The notes under the pieces were generated by a model. That model was not told the DNA's origin. It saw only the letters and a list, made by a program, of their open reading frames with translations, and did not search any database. A stretch of 63,668 nucleotides of DNA, the filler included, from Reclinomonas americana ATCC 50394 (lineage: Eukaryota), in the NCBI GenBank assembly GCA_048213135.1. It is 16 parts of 16 records of this genome, joined end to end, with 100 filler letters (N's around TTAATTAATTAA, not from the genome) between each part and the next. Parts side by side here need not be neighbours in the genome. Positions count along the whole stretch, not along the records: positions 13,127 to 18,141 come from AFZH01021635.1; positions 18,242 to 21,018 come from AFZH01021636.1; positions 21,119 to 23,422 come from AFZH01021638.1; positions 23,523 to 26,037 come from AFZH01021639.1; 12 more parts are not named here. The stretch is one strand, 5' to 3'. The translations under genes and the position numbers were made by a program. Positions within the stretch are counted from its first letter, which is position 1, and each line of letters begins with the position of its first letter. Shown here piece by piece: positions 13,501-24,386 of this stretch.

Positions 13501-14213
13501 TTATTACCACGTAAGCTTGTCTCACGCATTTGCGTCGATGTGGCAGAGCATTGCGTTTGACGCTTCGGGTATTGCATTCGTGTGCGATTTTTACAATCAC
13601 ACGATTCGGCGAGTGACGAGTGGAGGTGTGGTAACGACGTTTCTGGGGACTGCGGGAGCAGCAGGCCTGGTCGACGGGATTGGCGCTGTTGCACGTTTTA
13701 ACCAGCCCATCGACCTGTCGTTCGACCTGACCACCGGATACCTGTACATTGCTGATGTTCCGCCACTTCGTTGCACGCTAGTGAGGTTTCTCAGAAAGTG
13801 CAAGCTCACATCCACGCTTTCCAGGGCAATAACCATGCAATCCGCATGAGCACGCCTTCTGGATCTGTGTCCACGGTGGCTGGCAATGGGTCTTCCGGCT
13901 CTGCGAATGGCACCGGATCAAGTGCAAGGCTTTACTCGCCGCAAGGCATTGTAGTTGACTCGGTCAACAAAGTGATTTACGTTGGCGACATGAGCAACTC
14001 GGCTGTAAGAAAGGTGTTTGCGTTCTTTGACTACAGTGCTTCCTCATCAAGTGCTTACGTGTCGCTCTCCAGATCACGTACGGCGACGAGGTCACCACAT
14101 ACTGCGGTACGATCGGATCGTCGGACACGGTTGATGGAGCGTGCGCGACAACAGCGCGGTTTGGCGGACCAAATGGCATGGCTTTGGACACAACTGCTAG
14201 TCGGTTGTATGTT

Positions 14214-14260
<47 letters not shown>

Positions 14261-17200
14261 TCGTTAGAGTGACACACGAGCTCACACTGTGGTGGCGAGC
14301 AGTTGATCGAAGCCGCAGCAATATTCGTGTAATCGACATGCTGGCGATGACTGTGTCGACTGTGGCCGGGTCGCTCGCTGGTGTGACAGGGTCGAGCGAT
14401 GCCATAGGCACCGCGGCTCTCTTCCACCAACCTATGGGCATCCAAGTCGACCGAGCACGAGGTGTTCTTTACGTTGCCGATGTTGGGTGCTGCACCTGAG
14501 TTTTTTTTCGTGTTTCGTCAACTTATTCATGCACGATCCACAAAGATTTACAACCACACAATTCGCCAAATCGTTGTTAGCACTGGCGCTGTCACAAGAA
14601 TTGCGGGTGCTGCGGGAGTGATCGGAACAGCGGATGGCAGCCCGCTCTCTGTTGCTCGATTCCATACTCCGGTTTGATTCGGTGCTGTACTCTGATACGC
14701 CCAACGTGGACTCATTGATAAGTGCAGATTTACATGGCGTACGATGCCGCCTCGTCCACTCTGTATATAGCAGGTGCGAGGTCTCTTGCAGATTGTATAA
14801 TCGCTGTTTCCCTTCATGCTTATGCCTCCAGCCCGCAGAATACGACAATTCCACAATCCGCCGGCTCACTATCGGCTCCACCATTATCTCGGCCACCCCT
14901 GCCACCTCGGGCGTCGCCTCTAGCACCACCTTGACCGCATCACTCACCTCGCTCGCCGCCAACTGGACGTACTACTTCCGTGCCATCTCCACCTCCACTG
15001 TGCCCAGCACCCTCACCGGCTCCACCATATCCTTCACCACCTCCAACTCGACGCCGACCGACATTGTCTGCTCTAGCACCACTTATGTTGCACCGTCGAC
15101 GGCCAACATGCCCGTGTGTACGATGAGCACCAGCGACAATGATGATGGCCAGTCGTACACATACGCAGTCACTCGCGGACTCAACCCGAGTGAGTTTTCA
15201 GCAAGCGGTGCTCAGTTGCAGATCATCTTGGCGGGACAGTCGAGCAGTCCACTTGTCGCCACAGTCCGCTCGTTTGACAATGGCACGCCGCCAATGTTTG
15301 TCGACAAGTCGTTCAGTGTGACGTCGGGTGAGTAGCACGCTGTGAAAAGTGTTGTGTTTCTTTATGTGGATGCTGACGTGGTCTTCCGGCAGTGAACAAT
15401 GCACCGACGGCGGTGACACTGAGTGCAAGCTCGTACTTTCCGCCCAGTACGGCGGGACTGGCGATCGGCACGATGAGCACGAATGACGTGGACTCGCAGC
15501 AGTCGTTCACGTACTCGGTGGTTGGTGGTGCGAGCAGCGCGTTGGTGACGATTGCGTCTGGCAACCAACTGCAATTTGTGAATGCGGGAGTGACGGCATC
15601 GTTGGTGGTGATTGTGCGGACGACCGACAATGGCAATCCTGCCATGTCGTTTGACCAGACCCTCAATATTGCTGGTTGCGTGCTACTCTGACTGCGTCTG
15701 ATGTTCTTGCATGATGATGCTGATTGCCACGCATGCAGCACCCACTGTGACGTCTCTGTCGGCCACCTTTGTGTCGGCACTGGCTGGCCAAGTGGTGACG
15801 CTGACAGGAACCGCGCTGGTGAACACCTCGGCCGACTCGTCGGCATATGTGTTGGGCACTCCGCTTTGTGCCGCCACGACGCCGCCGACAGCCGTGGCCA
15901 GCACCAGCATCAGCAGTGCATTCGGCAGCGCGACCAGCATCACGCTGACGATTGGGGCGGCGGGTGCAGCTGTGGGCACGTACGAACTGTGCACGCGATG
16001 GGCGCCAGCCAAGACATATCTGGCGGTGTCTGCGTTCGCCATTGGTGAGGAATGGGGGTAAGGGAGAGCGCAGGGAGCATTCGGCCGTTGTTTTCTTGTT
16101 TGCTTATGTGTGGAGATCAGAGCTTTGCTTCATTTTCTTTAATGTTGATATTCTCTCTCTCTTTCTTCCCTCTCTCTCTCTCCATCTGTGTGTATGTATG
16201 TGTGTATGCAAGCATGTGTGTGAATGAGTGTGTATGCTTGTGTCAGCTAAACGAATGAGGTGTGCAGGGAGCGTTGGTCCGAGCGACATTCTGCTGTCGG
16301 GACCGCAGACGTACTCGAGTGCGACGGTGCCGTTCACGGTGGGCACACTGAGTATGGTGGATCTCAACACGGGACAGACGCCGACATTCAGCATTGCGGG
16401 TGGTGTGCATGCGGCTCTATTCAGCATCGTGGGTGGGACTCAGCTGACGATCTCGGTGGCTCCGCCGCTGAGTCGGCGACTGCAAGTGTTTGTGCAAGTG
16501 AGCGACGGCGTACTGACGTACACCAAGCAGTTCACAATATTGTATGGTGCGTGGGGAGGGAGGAAGGGAGGAGTAAGGGATGAAGAGGACAAGAGAGAAA
16601 TGGAAGCAACAGATCTGTATGCGAGTGTCGTCGCCCTCTCTTCCTTCTGCGAGGTGGCGCACGCAGAGTATCTGGTTGGTGCTGACGGTGGTCGGGTGCT
16701 TGTGCAGCTTGGGGAACGGGGTGTGCAGCGGTGCAGAATGGAGTGGTGGCTCGTTGCGTTTCTTGTGGGCTTCAGTGTGCTCCGTCGTTCGCCGTCTCAC
16801 TCTCCGTCACGCTGAGCAGCGGCGTTGGAAGTGTGCCTGTTCGAAGCAGTGGATCGACCTGGTGGCACGATCTTGGGTGTGTCGGGTTCTGCTCAAAGCG
16901 AGGTGGCATGCTGCGAACTGTGTGATCGGACATCACAATGTCGATCGTGGATTTTCCTGGATGCTGCTGCGGCATCCAACACGTTTAGCGTAAATTTGTG
17001 CACGATGAAGGTACGTAATCTGAGATCGAAGAAGAGAGAATGCCAAGCTCACCTTCCTGTTGCATGCAGAGCACCGTGCCGCCAACGGCAGCCAACGCAG
17101 AGACCAGCAACGTGTGTGGCTCGCATTTCTGCTTGGTATCGGGACGCAAGACAAGTGTGGCTGCGTATGACAGCAGCGGCTTCCAGACCAGCACGGGTGA

Positions 17201-17474
17201 GTCCTCGCAGAGAAAAGAGATGAGGGAGAGAATCGGGACTGATGTTGGTTGCTGTTGGCATGCAGACCGACCTGGTGGCGATCTCACGTGGGCCATCAAG
17301 ACGACGACTGGCCCTCAAGCATGCTCACTGTGGTGCTCCCAGTTGACTGCATGCGGCTCGTGGACATTCACTGCGTCGACAAAGCAGTGTGTGCCGAAGA
17401 GTGGCGTGGTGGCCACGTCGACGATGACGGCGTGTGCGACGAGCGGTGACTGCACGTCGGGGTTGAAGATTTGA
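10578..17474 (+). CDS. Large secreted NHL/FN3-like/cadherin-like/IPT/PAN protein, tandem copy 2 (spans one gap)
   Basis: Colinear paralog of 3917-10476 with the same exon structure and signal-like RRALLCVALVVLVLVHSLALSA. It ends ..CTSGLKI-TGA. The start ATG is inferred. Confidence 0.83.
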
Positions 17475-18241
17475 GTGAAGGGAGGCATATGCACGCCGTT
17501 CCCACTTGGCTAGTCGACTGTCCGCCAACAAACAAGCAACATGTACCGCTGCCTTGATGACGTCGACCAAGGGCAACCATACCAAAGCATCAACCCAGAT
17601 GCCAGTCTTTTGACCATCTCGAGGGGTGATATCAAAAGGCAGCTGCAGCGATCTTCCCCATTTGTAATTCATTGCAATTGCAATTGAGTTTGGCAATCTG
17701 TATTTTCTCTCCGTCGCATCCTTCTCTGCCGCATGCTTTCCGCTACAAAATGGAGAACGCCTTGCTCAAAAAGCGCAGAGCAAATATGAAGTGGACATTG
17801 CTCCTTCGGTTTTGTCCACACCTCTCTCACTCTCTTTCTTCACTGCAAAGCAAAACAAAGGTCATTGCCTCTCTCTCTTTCTCCCTTTCCCCGCGTGCAT
17901 TCACGCACGCATATGCATGCGCGTTTTCGTTTTCCACGTTGTCTGCATGGCGCGCATGTCATGCTCGTGCACTTGTCGCACACTCTCTCTGTGTGTCTCT
18001 TTCTTTCTCTCTGTGTGTGTTGCGCTCGAGTGTGCTGCTGCTGTGCTGCATCAGTTGCTGCGCATCACGATACTCCTTTGTGAGTTTCTGATGCATGGGA
18101 GCAGAGACAGAGAGTATGTGTGCGAGTGAGTGAGTGAGAGANNNNNNNNNNNNNNNNNNNNNNNNNNNNNNNNNNNNNNNNNNNNTTAATTAATTAANNN
18201 NNNNNNNNNNNNNNNNNNNNNNNNNNNNNNNNNNNNNNNNN

Positions 18242-18283
<42 letters not shown>

Positions 18284-18738
18284 AAGGACTGAGATAGTTA
18301 GGGTCTGAGGGCTGGAGTATTTGAGAATGAGACTTCAGAGAATGCGAAAGAAACTGAGAGAGTGTGTGTGTGTGTGTGAGACAGAAAGAGAGAGATAGAG
18401 AGAGAGGACTGAGATTGTTAGGGTCTGGGGGATAGAGTTTTTGAGAATGTGCTTCTGTGTGCGTGCATCCACGGAGATCACGAGCGACTAAGTTTTTTTT
18501 AATTGGAATGAGTGTCGAGTGAGAGCGAAGATAAAAGGCAGCATTTGCGTAAGTTGGCGAGCTTTTCTGCTCTACAGGTGTTGGACGTGAGATGGATGTT
18601 AGAGAAAGAGATTTTTGGTGCACCTTTCTCTTGTATCCGTGGTGTCTCCCCAGCACTGGTTAGTTCGTGTGCGCGAGGTTGTGAATCCGATTGGAGAGAG
18701 TTTGCTATTCAATCTCACTCAATGCCTCTTGCTTACAG

Positions 18739-19932
18739 GAAGGAGTACAAGGCACAAATGGAGGAGAAGCACATCAAGTACGAGCACCGCCTGATCGACG
18801 ACATGGTGGCGCAGTGCTTGAAGAGCAGCGGTTAGTGGTCTCCCTCTTCCTCTCCCCACCCATCACACCTGTCTCACGCCGTTTTCTTTCCGCGCGCGGC
18901 AGGTGGTTTCGTGTGGGCCTGCAAGAACTACGACGGCGACGTGCAGTCAGACATTGTGGCGCAGGGCTTTGGCTCGCTCGGCCTGATGACCTCGGTGCTC
19001 ATCACTCCCGACGGACAGACCGTGGAGAGTGAGGCCGCGCACGGCACAGTGACGCGCCACTACCGCATGTGGCAGCAGGGTCAGGAGACGTCGACCAACC
19101 CGATCGCCTCCATCTTTGCATGGACTCGCGGACTCATGCACCGGTGAGTCAGTGAGAAGGGTAGAGGGAAAGAAAGAGAAGAGAGGAGAGGGAGGAGCGG
19201 GAGAAAGGAGAGAAAAGGGAGGAGAGGGAGAGAATGGGAGAGAAAGATAGAAAAGAGACGGAGATAGAGAGAGACGGACTGTATTAGACAGAAAGGGCGA
19301 GGAAGGGAATGGGAAGACAATGAAAGAGAGAGAGAGAGAGAGAGAATGGAGTGTAAAAGAGAGAGAGCGCGCGAGAGCGTATATGTGTGCGTGTATGGAG
19401 CAAAAGAGCGGAGAGAGAGAGAGGGACAGGAACGGCAATGGAGAGAGAGCGAGGAAAGTCTTGCGAATGGCATGTTGCTCATAGAAGCAAGAAGCTTGCG
19501 TGTTTATGAGCGACTGAGAGAAGGCGGGAGAGGGATAGGAGCAGCAACGGGGGGGCGTGTTGATGTTGCGCGATAGAGGCGGGAGAGCGAGAAAGGGACA
19601 ACAAAGCAGGCAATCTTTGTGCGAGAGAGAAAGAATACGATGAGGATGAGCTTGTCATGCAAGGACTGGGAGCATGCTTGTTTGTGCAATGAAGGATCCT
19701 CATGCTAGCTCTCCGACGCAGTGCCAAGCTGGACTCGAACGCACCGCTGCAGGCGTTTTGCGAGAAGCTGGAGGCCGCGTGCATTGAGACGGTGGAGGCC
19801 GGCTTCATGACCAAGGACCTCGCGCTGTGCATCCACGGCTCCGAGATGCGCCGTGAGCACTGGCTGACGACGACCGACTTCATGGACAAGATCGAGGCGA
19901 CGCTGCGCAGCAAGATGACGGCGCCGGCTTGA
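18739..19932 (+). CDS. IDH: NADP-dependent isocitrate dehydrogenase, 3' part (last 3 exons)
   Basis: [12 protein letters not shown] / [55 protein letters not shown] / [13 protein letters not shown]. These are hallmark IDH1/IDH2-family motifs. Confidence 0.97.
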
Positions 19933-20009
19933 TCACCAGAGGAGACTGGAGGACACGCGCGACTGGGACAAGAAGGCGAAAGCATTGATTGTTTCAAGTT
20001 TTTGAGTGA

Positions 20010-20237
20010 ATGCCGATTGAGCACTTGGTGTTGGTGCGTGTGCGTGCGGAGGCCACAGAGGAGCAGGTGGAGGCATTGGTGGCGGGGTTTCGCGGGTTGG
20101 CGACGTCGGGGATTGAGGGGGTGTTGGAGTTGTCGGCCGGGCATGTAAGTCGAAGGAGGGGAAAGGAAAGGGGGAAGAGATAGAGAGAGTGTAGGGGGAA
20201 GTCAGTGGGAAACAAAGACTGAAAAGGGAGACAGACT

Positions 20238-20276
<39 letters not shown>

Positions 20277-20403
20277 TGTCTCTCCTTATTTTTCCGATGG
20301 TGCATTTTGATTTTTTTGCATGCAGGTTCGACACGATTTCTATGAGGGAATGAGTGATCGTACCAAGGGAACGCAAGTGGCATTGAGGGTGTTGATGGCT
20401 GAT
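20010..20403 (+). CDS. Dabb (stress-responsive A/B barrel) family protein, first two exons (20010-20144, 20326-20403); remainder lost in the gap
   Basis: MPIEHLVLVRVRAEATEEQVEALVAGFRGLATSGIEGVLELSAGH|VRHDFYEGMSDRTKGTQVALRVLMAD matches the Dabb pattern (IEHIVL..ATEEQ..IPGV..S.G..R.KG). Donors are GTAAGT and GTTGCGT. Confidence 0.75.
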
Positions 20404-20459
20404 GTTGCGTTGGGAGGAGGGAGTGAAGACTTTCTCTCTCTCTCTCTCTTTCTCTGCTT

Positions 20460-20974
20460 CTCACGAGTTCTCTCTCCCCCTGCCTCACCTGCTCACGAAT
20501 ACGCTCTCTCAGTCTCTGTCAGTCTCTCTCTTACTCTCTCTGCTCCTGTTGCTCACGAGTTCTCTCCTCCGTCACCTGCTCACGAATACGCTCTCTCAGT
20601 CTCTGTCAGTCTCTGTCAGTCTCTCTCAGTCTCTGTCAGTCTCTCTCTTACTCTCTCTTTCTCTCTCTGCTCCTGTTGCTCACGAGTTCTCTCTCTCTCT
20701 CTCTCTTCTCGCTGTTGCTCACGAGGTCTCTCCCCCGTCACCTGCTCACGAGTACGCTCTCTCAGCCTCTCTTTATCTCTCTTAGTCTCTGTCAGTCTCT
20801 CTCTCTCTCCTCCTCCTGTCGCTCACGAGGTCTCTCTCTCTCTCTCCCTTGCTCCTCACGAATTCTCACTCTCTCTCTCTCTCTCTCTCCTCGTGCTTAT
20901 GAGCTCTGGCTGTTCACGAGTACCCCCACGAGTTCTCTCTCTCTCCCCCTCTCCTCACTGCTCTCGATCCTCAC

Positions 20975-21018
<44 letters not shown>
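20460..21018 (+). repeat. CT-microsatellite tract containing about 12 copies of (G)CTCACGA(G/A), in Dabb intron 2
   Basis: Recurrent gctcacgag/gctcacgaat units with ctctgtcagt sub-repeats, read directly from the sequence. Confidence 0.8.
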
Positions 21019-21148
21019 NNNNNNNNNNNNNNNNNNNNNNNNNNNNNNNNNNNNNNNNNNNNTTAATTAATTAANNNNNNNNNNNNNNNNNNNNNNNNNN
21101 NNNNNNNNNNNNNNNNNNGAACGGACGGTACGGTACGTACGTACGGTT

Positions 21149-21237
<89 letters not shown>

Positions 21238-21243
21238 ATGTGC

Positions 21244-21277
<34 letters not shown>
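21149..21277 (+). repeat. (GT)n followed by (GA)n microsatellite
   Basis: Direct reading of the sequence. Confidence 0.95.
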
Positions 21278-21454
21278 ATAAGGGGAAACAGAACAGAGCT
21301 AGAGACAAGGAGCGACAAGGTCGCCGCAGAGGGCGAAGTAGTGCGTGTGTGCGCGTGGGAGTGAATCAGGATCGCGAATGGGCGTTTGTGTGTGGAAGAG
21401 AGAGTGGAAGGCAGAGAGTGAATGCGCTCTCGTCCAGAGGAGAGGAGGACGAAC

Positions 21455-22874
21455 CGGCATGCAAAAACTGGCCCTTGAAGTCGGCGCCACCACCGGGGAA
21501 CAAGAGACCGTTGATGCCGTTGAAAATGGTGTTGAGCTCGTCGTCGGAGGCGTCATATCTGCAAGGGAAGGAGAGGATGAGAAATGGGAAGCAGAAGAGA
21601 GAAGGCAAAGGGAGACATGAGGGACACGGAGGCGTCTCAAGAGGAGGCAAAACAGCAAGAGAGAAGTGCGAGGACTGGGATTCGACTGTGAGATTGACAA
21701 GTGCGAGAGGAACAGAGGTCGCAGAGGAACAGGCGATAGGAGCGGTTGACTCGTAGACTCGAACTAAGAGGCATCGAGAGAATAAGTAGCGAAATGAGAG
21801 AGAGAGAGAGATGAGAAGAACGAGGAAAAGGCAGAGGGGACTGATGCGTTGACCCAAGCAGTGTGGACCGTGTCAACAGCGGATTGCTCCCACGTTGGTC
21901 CGGAATAAAGAGGGCAATCGCCATCCAACACGCTTGTGACTCACCTAACAGGGACGACTCGAGCGCCGGCGCTCTCCACGTACTTGACATACGATGCAGC
22001 CAAGTAGCTCCCACCATATTGGTCCATAGGAGGGTGCGTCGGTTCTGCAAAAACGGTGTGAAGAGTGAGCGATGAGGTGATGAAACGGAGAGAGAGAGAG
22101 AAGAGCGAGGGAGAGTGAGGGAGAGTGAGAGGGAAGGGAAGGGTGTAAGAGAGTGTGTGAATGTGTGAGTGAACGAGAGAGTGTGAATGAGCGGGCGACA
22201 GAGGAAGACAACAGTGAGGGCGGTGAGTGAGAGCAAGGGAAGAGCGAGGGAGGGAAGGGTGCAGGAGAGAGTGAATGAGTGAATGAGTGAGAGTGTGAGT
22301 GAGAGAGCAGTGAGTACGCATCTCAGTCAAGAGCGCAACGCGGAACAAATGCAGCAGAGTAACAATGAGCACACAAGAGAGCGCGAGAGTGTGAGAAGAA
22401 CTTGCAGACAAAAAGAGATTCGCCGAAAGAGAGACACACACATGCAGCATGACACACAAAGAGCAACACACAGAGAGACACACACACACGCGCATGAGCA
22501 CAGAGAGAGAGAGAGCGCGCGTGTGTGTGTGTGTGTGTGAAAAGACAAAACACTGACCCCCACCACCCTCATTCGCACACACACAGTGGCAACAAACAGA
22601 GCAGCGCATGCACATGCACGCGTACATACACGCCACTACACAACGCCTCTTCGTGCACAACGACAAGAGCGGGGCGCAAAGAGACGCAACGAGTGAGGAT
22701 GCCAATGACTGGGCGGTCGTTGGAGACGCGCGGAGGCCGCGGGCGAGGACGCGGGCGAGGACGTGCGCCTCCTCCCTCTTCCATGCCGTTGCCGCGAAGT
22801 TCGGCGGCGTGCGCGCTGGCCACGAGCAGCGTGAGCAGCGTGAGGAGGAGAAGGTCGGAACGCGCCATAAACAT
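21455..22874 (-). CDS. GGH: Gamma-glutamyl hydrolase (peptidase C26), first three exons, secreted or lysosomal
   Basis: Signal peptide, then NDRPVIGILT|QP..SYLAASYVKYVESAGARVVPVR|Y..INGLLFPGGGADF, which is the typical GGH N-terminus. Confidence 0.93.
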
Positions 22875-23176
22875 CTCCGAACAATCGAGGAGGGAAAATC
22901 GAGGGGTACCCTAGACTGATAGGACTTTTCAATGAGGACAATGTAACCAGCTCGTAATGGTCATCTGTGAGGATCCATAAGTCCCCTTGGGGCGTGCCTA
23001 GGTGCATTCCGTCCGTCTCAGTGTGGCGGTTCTAGCGCACCTTGCTGCGCCTGAAGGGGACCAGCCGTTCGCGCGCAGGAGCTAATCCACCGTTCCAGCT
23101 GGCCGACGGAGAGACTGTGTGTGTGCACTCTCCCACACTCGCTCTGGCCGTGAGCGTTGGTGGCGGTGTTGGCAGC

Positions 23177-23422
23177 ATGGAGGTTGACCGGGAGAGCCTT
23201 GTACGCGTGTTGAAAACGGTCTCCGTGGGTCAGTACACTCTCCAGCAGTTGGACGCTCGAGACAGGCTGTTCTCCGTGCCTGCGTCGTCTGTGCCTATGC
23301 CGTTGAGGGACGTGTTACTTGGCGTGTTGGAGAACGTTGACTGCGACCCCGTCTCCAAGGCGCGCAAGCAGGTGCAAGCCTATCTCTTCGACAGCAAGAA
23401 TGTACACATATATGGGGGCGCC
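23177..23422 (+). CDS. Hypothetical protein N-terminus truncated by the gap; possible lead-in to a PIF1/RecD-like Walker A
   Basis: Open frame ending ..KQVQAYLFDSKNVHIYGGA at the gap, resembling KNVFITGxAGTGKS. The GKS itself is not visible. Confidence 0.4.
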
Positions 23423-23955
23423 NNNNNNNNNNNNNNNNNNNNNNNNNNNNNNNNNNNNNNNNNNNNTTAATTAATTAANNNNNNNNNNNNNNNNNNNNNN
23501 NNNNNNNNNNNNNNNNNNNNNNTCTGTCTCTTCTGTCTCTGTCTCTTCTGTACTGCACCTGCGCGCCTTGTACTTTGTTGTGTGTTTTCCCCCTTTTTAT
23601 GTATGTCTGTCTGTCTGTCGGTGTGTGTCGTGTGTGAGCCGTGATGCTTGCACACCGACTCACTCCCCCTCCTGCGTGTTTGCCTGTGTCCATACATGTT
23701 GCAGTGGTGTGGTCGGCGACTGCCCGACGAGCCTGCTCCTCCTTCCCGAGTGTTTGTGTGATGATGGAATGTCCGAGAGAACGAAAAGAAAGAAAGGAGA
23801 AGAAGCGAGGGCTGTGCTCGTATGTGGCGGTCAAGCTGTGACCTACCCTTACCTCCCCCCTGCAAGGCGCCACAAAATGAAGCGTGTGTTCGTATCATGC
23901 ATGCATCATCACTCCACGATCATTCTTTTTCCTCTTATTATTATTTTTCGTTGCC

Positions 23956-24352
23956 TCAGAGCGCCAACGAGCTGCTCTGTGGCCGACCGCTGCTGTGTGG
24001 CTTGCTGGCCGATGTCGGCGTGAGCAGAACCGTGGCGCTGTTGCGCCGCCCATTCGCACCGGACACGGCTGTTTTGGACCAATAAGGCGCGTTCGAATTC
24101 GAGATGGTCTCTCTCCGCGGCACCGCCGGCGGGCGTGCCACCGCACGTCGGATGATCAGTACCAGCACTGCCGCCACTGCAGCGCCCAGCACGACCAGCA
24201 TCAGGCTCACCGGTGCAAAACCTGCGGAGAAAAACAGGTCAGTGGTTGGTTTTCCAATCTTGAATATCGGAGATCGAATGTCGTGTGTACCTTGGCTGCT
24301 GGCGGCCTCTGTCTTGGTGTCAGTGTGGCCAGTGGCAACGCGGACACTGTTG

Positions 24353-24386
<34 letters not shown>

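Noticed and set aside
17540..17645. Hairpins after NHL copy 2 (CTTTTGA..TCAAAAG) as a possible SECIS element or Helitron end
   Set aside because: SECIS spacing is not met, no selenoprotein-like TGA context is present, and no CTRR terminus follows.
18298..18423. TTAGGG hexamers as interstitial telomere repeats
   Set aside because: Only two isolated copies, both inside a local duplication.
22905..23040. Possible snoRNA/U3-like ncRNA
   Set aside because: Box motifs are incomplete and not in the expected order.
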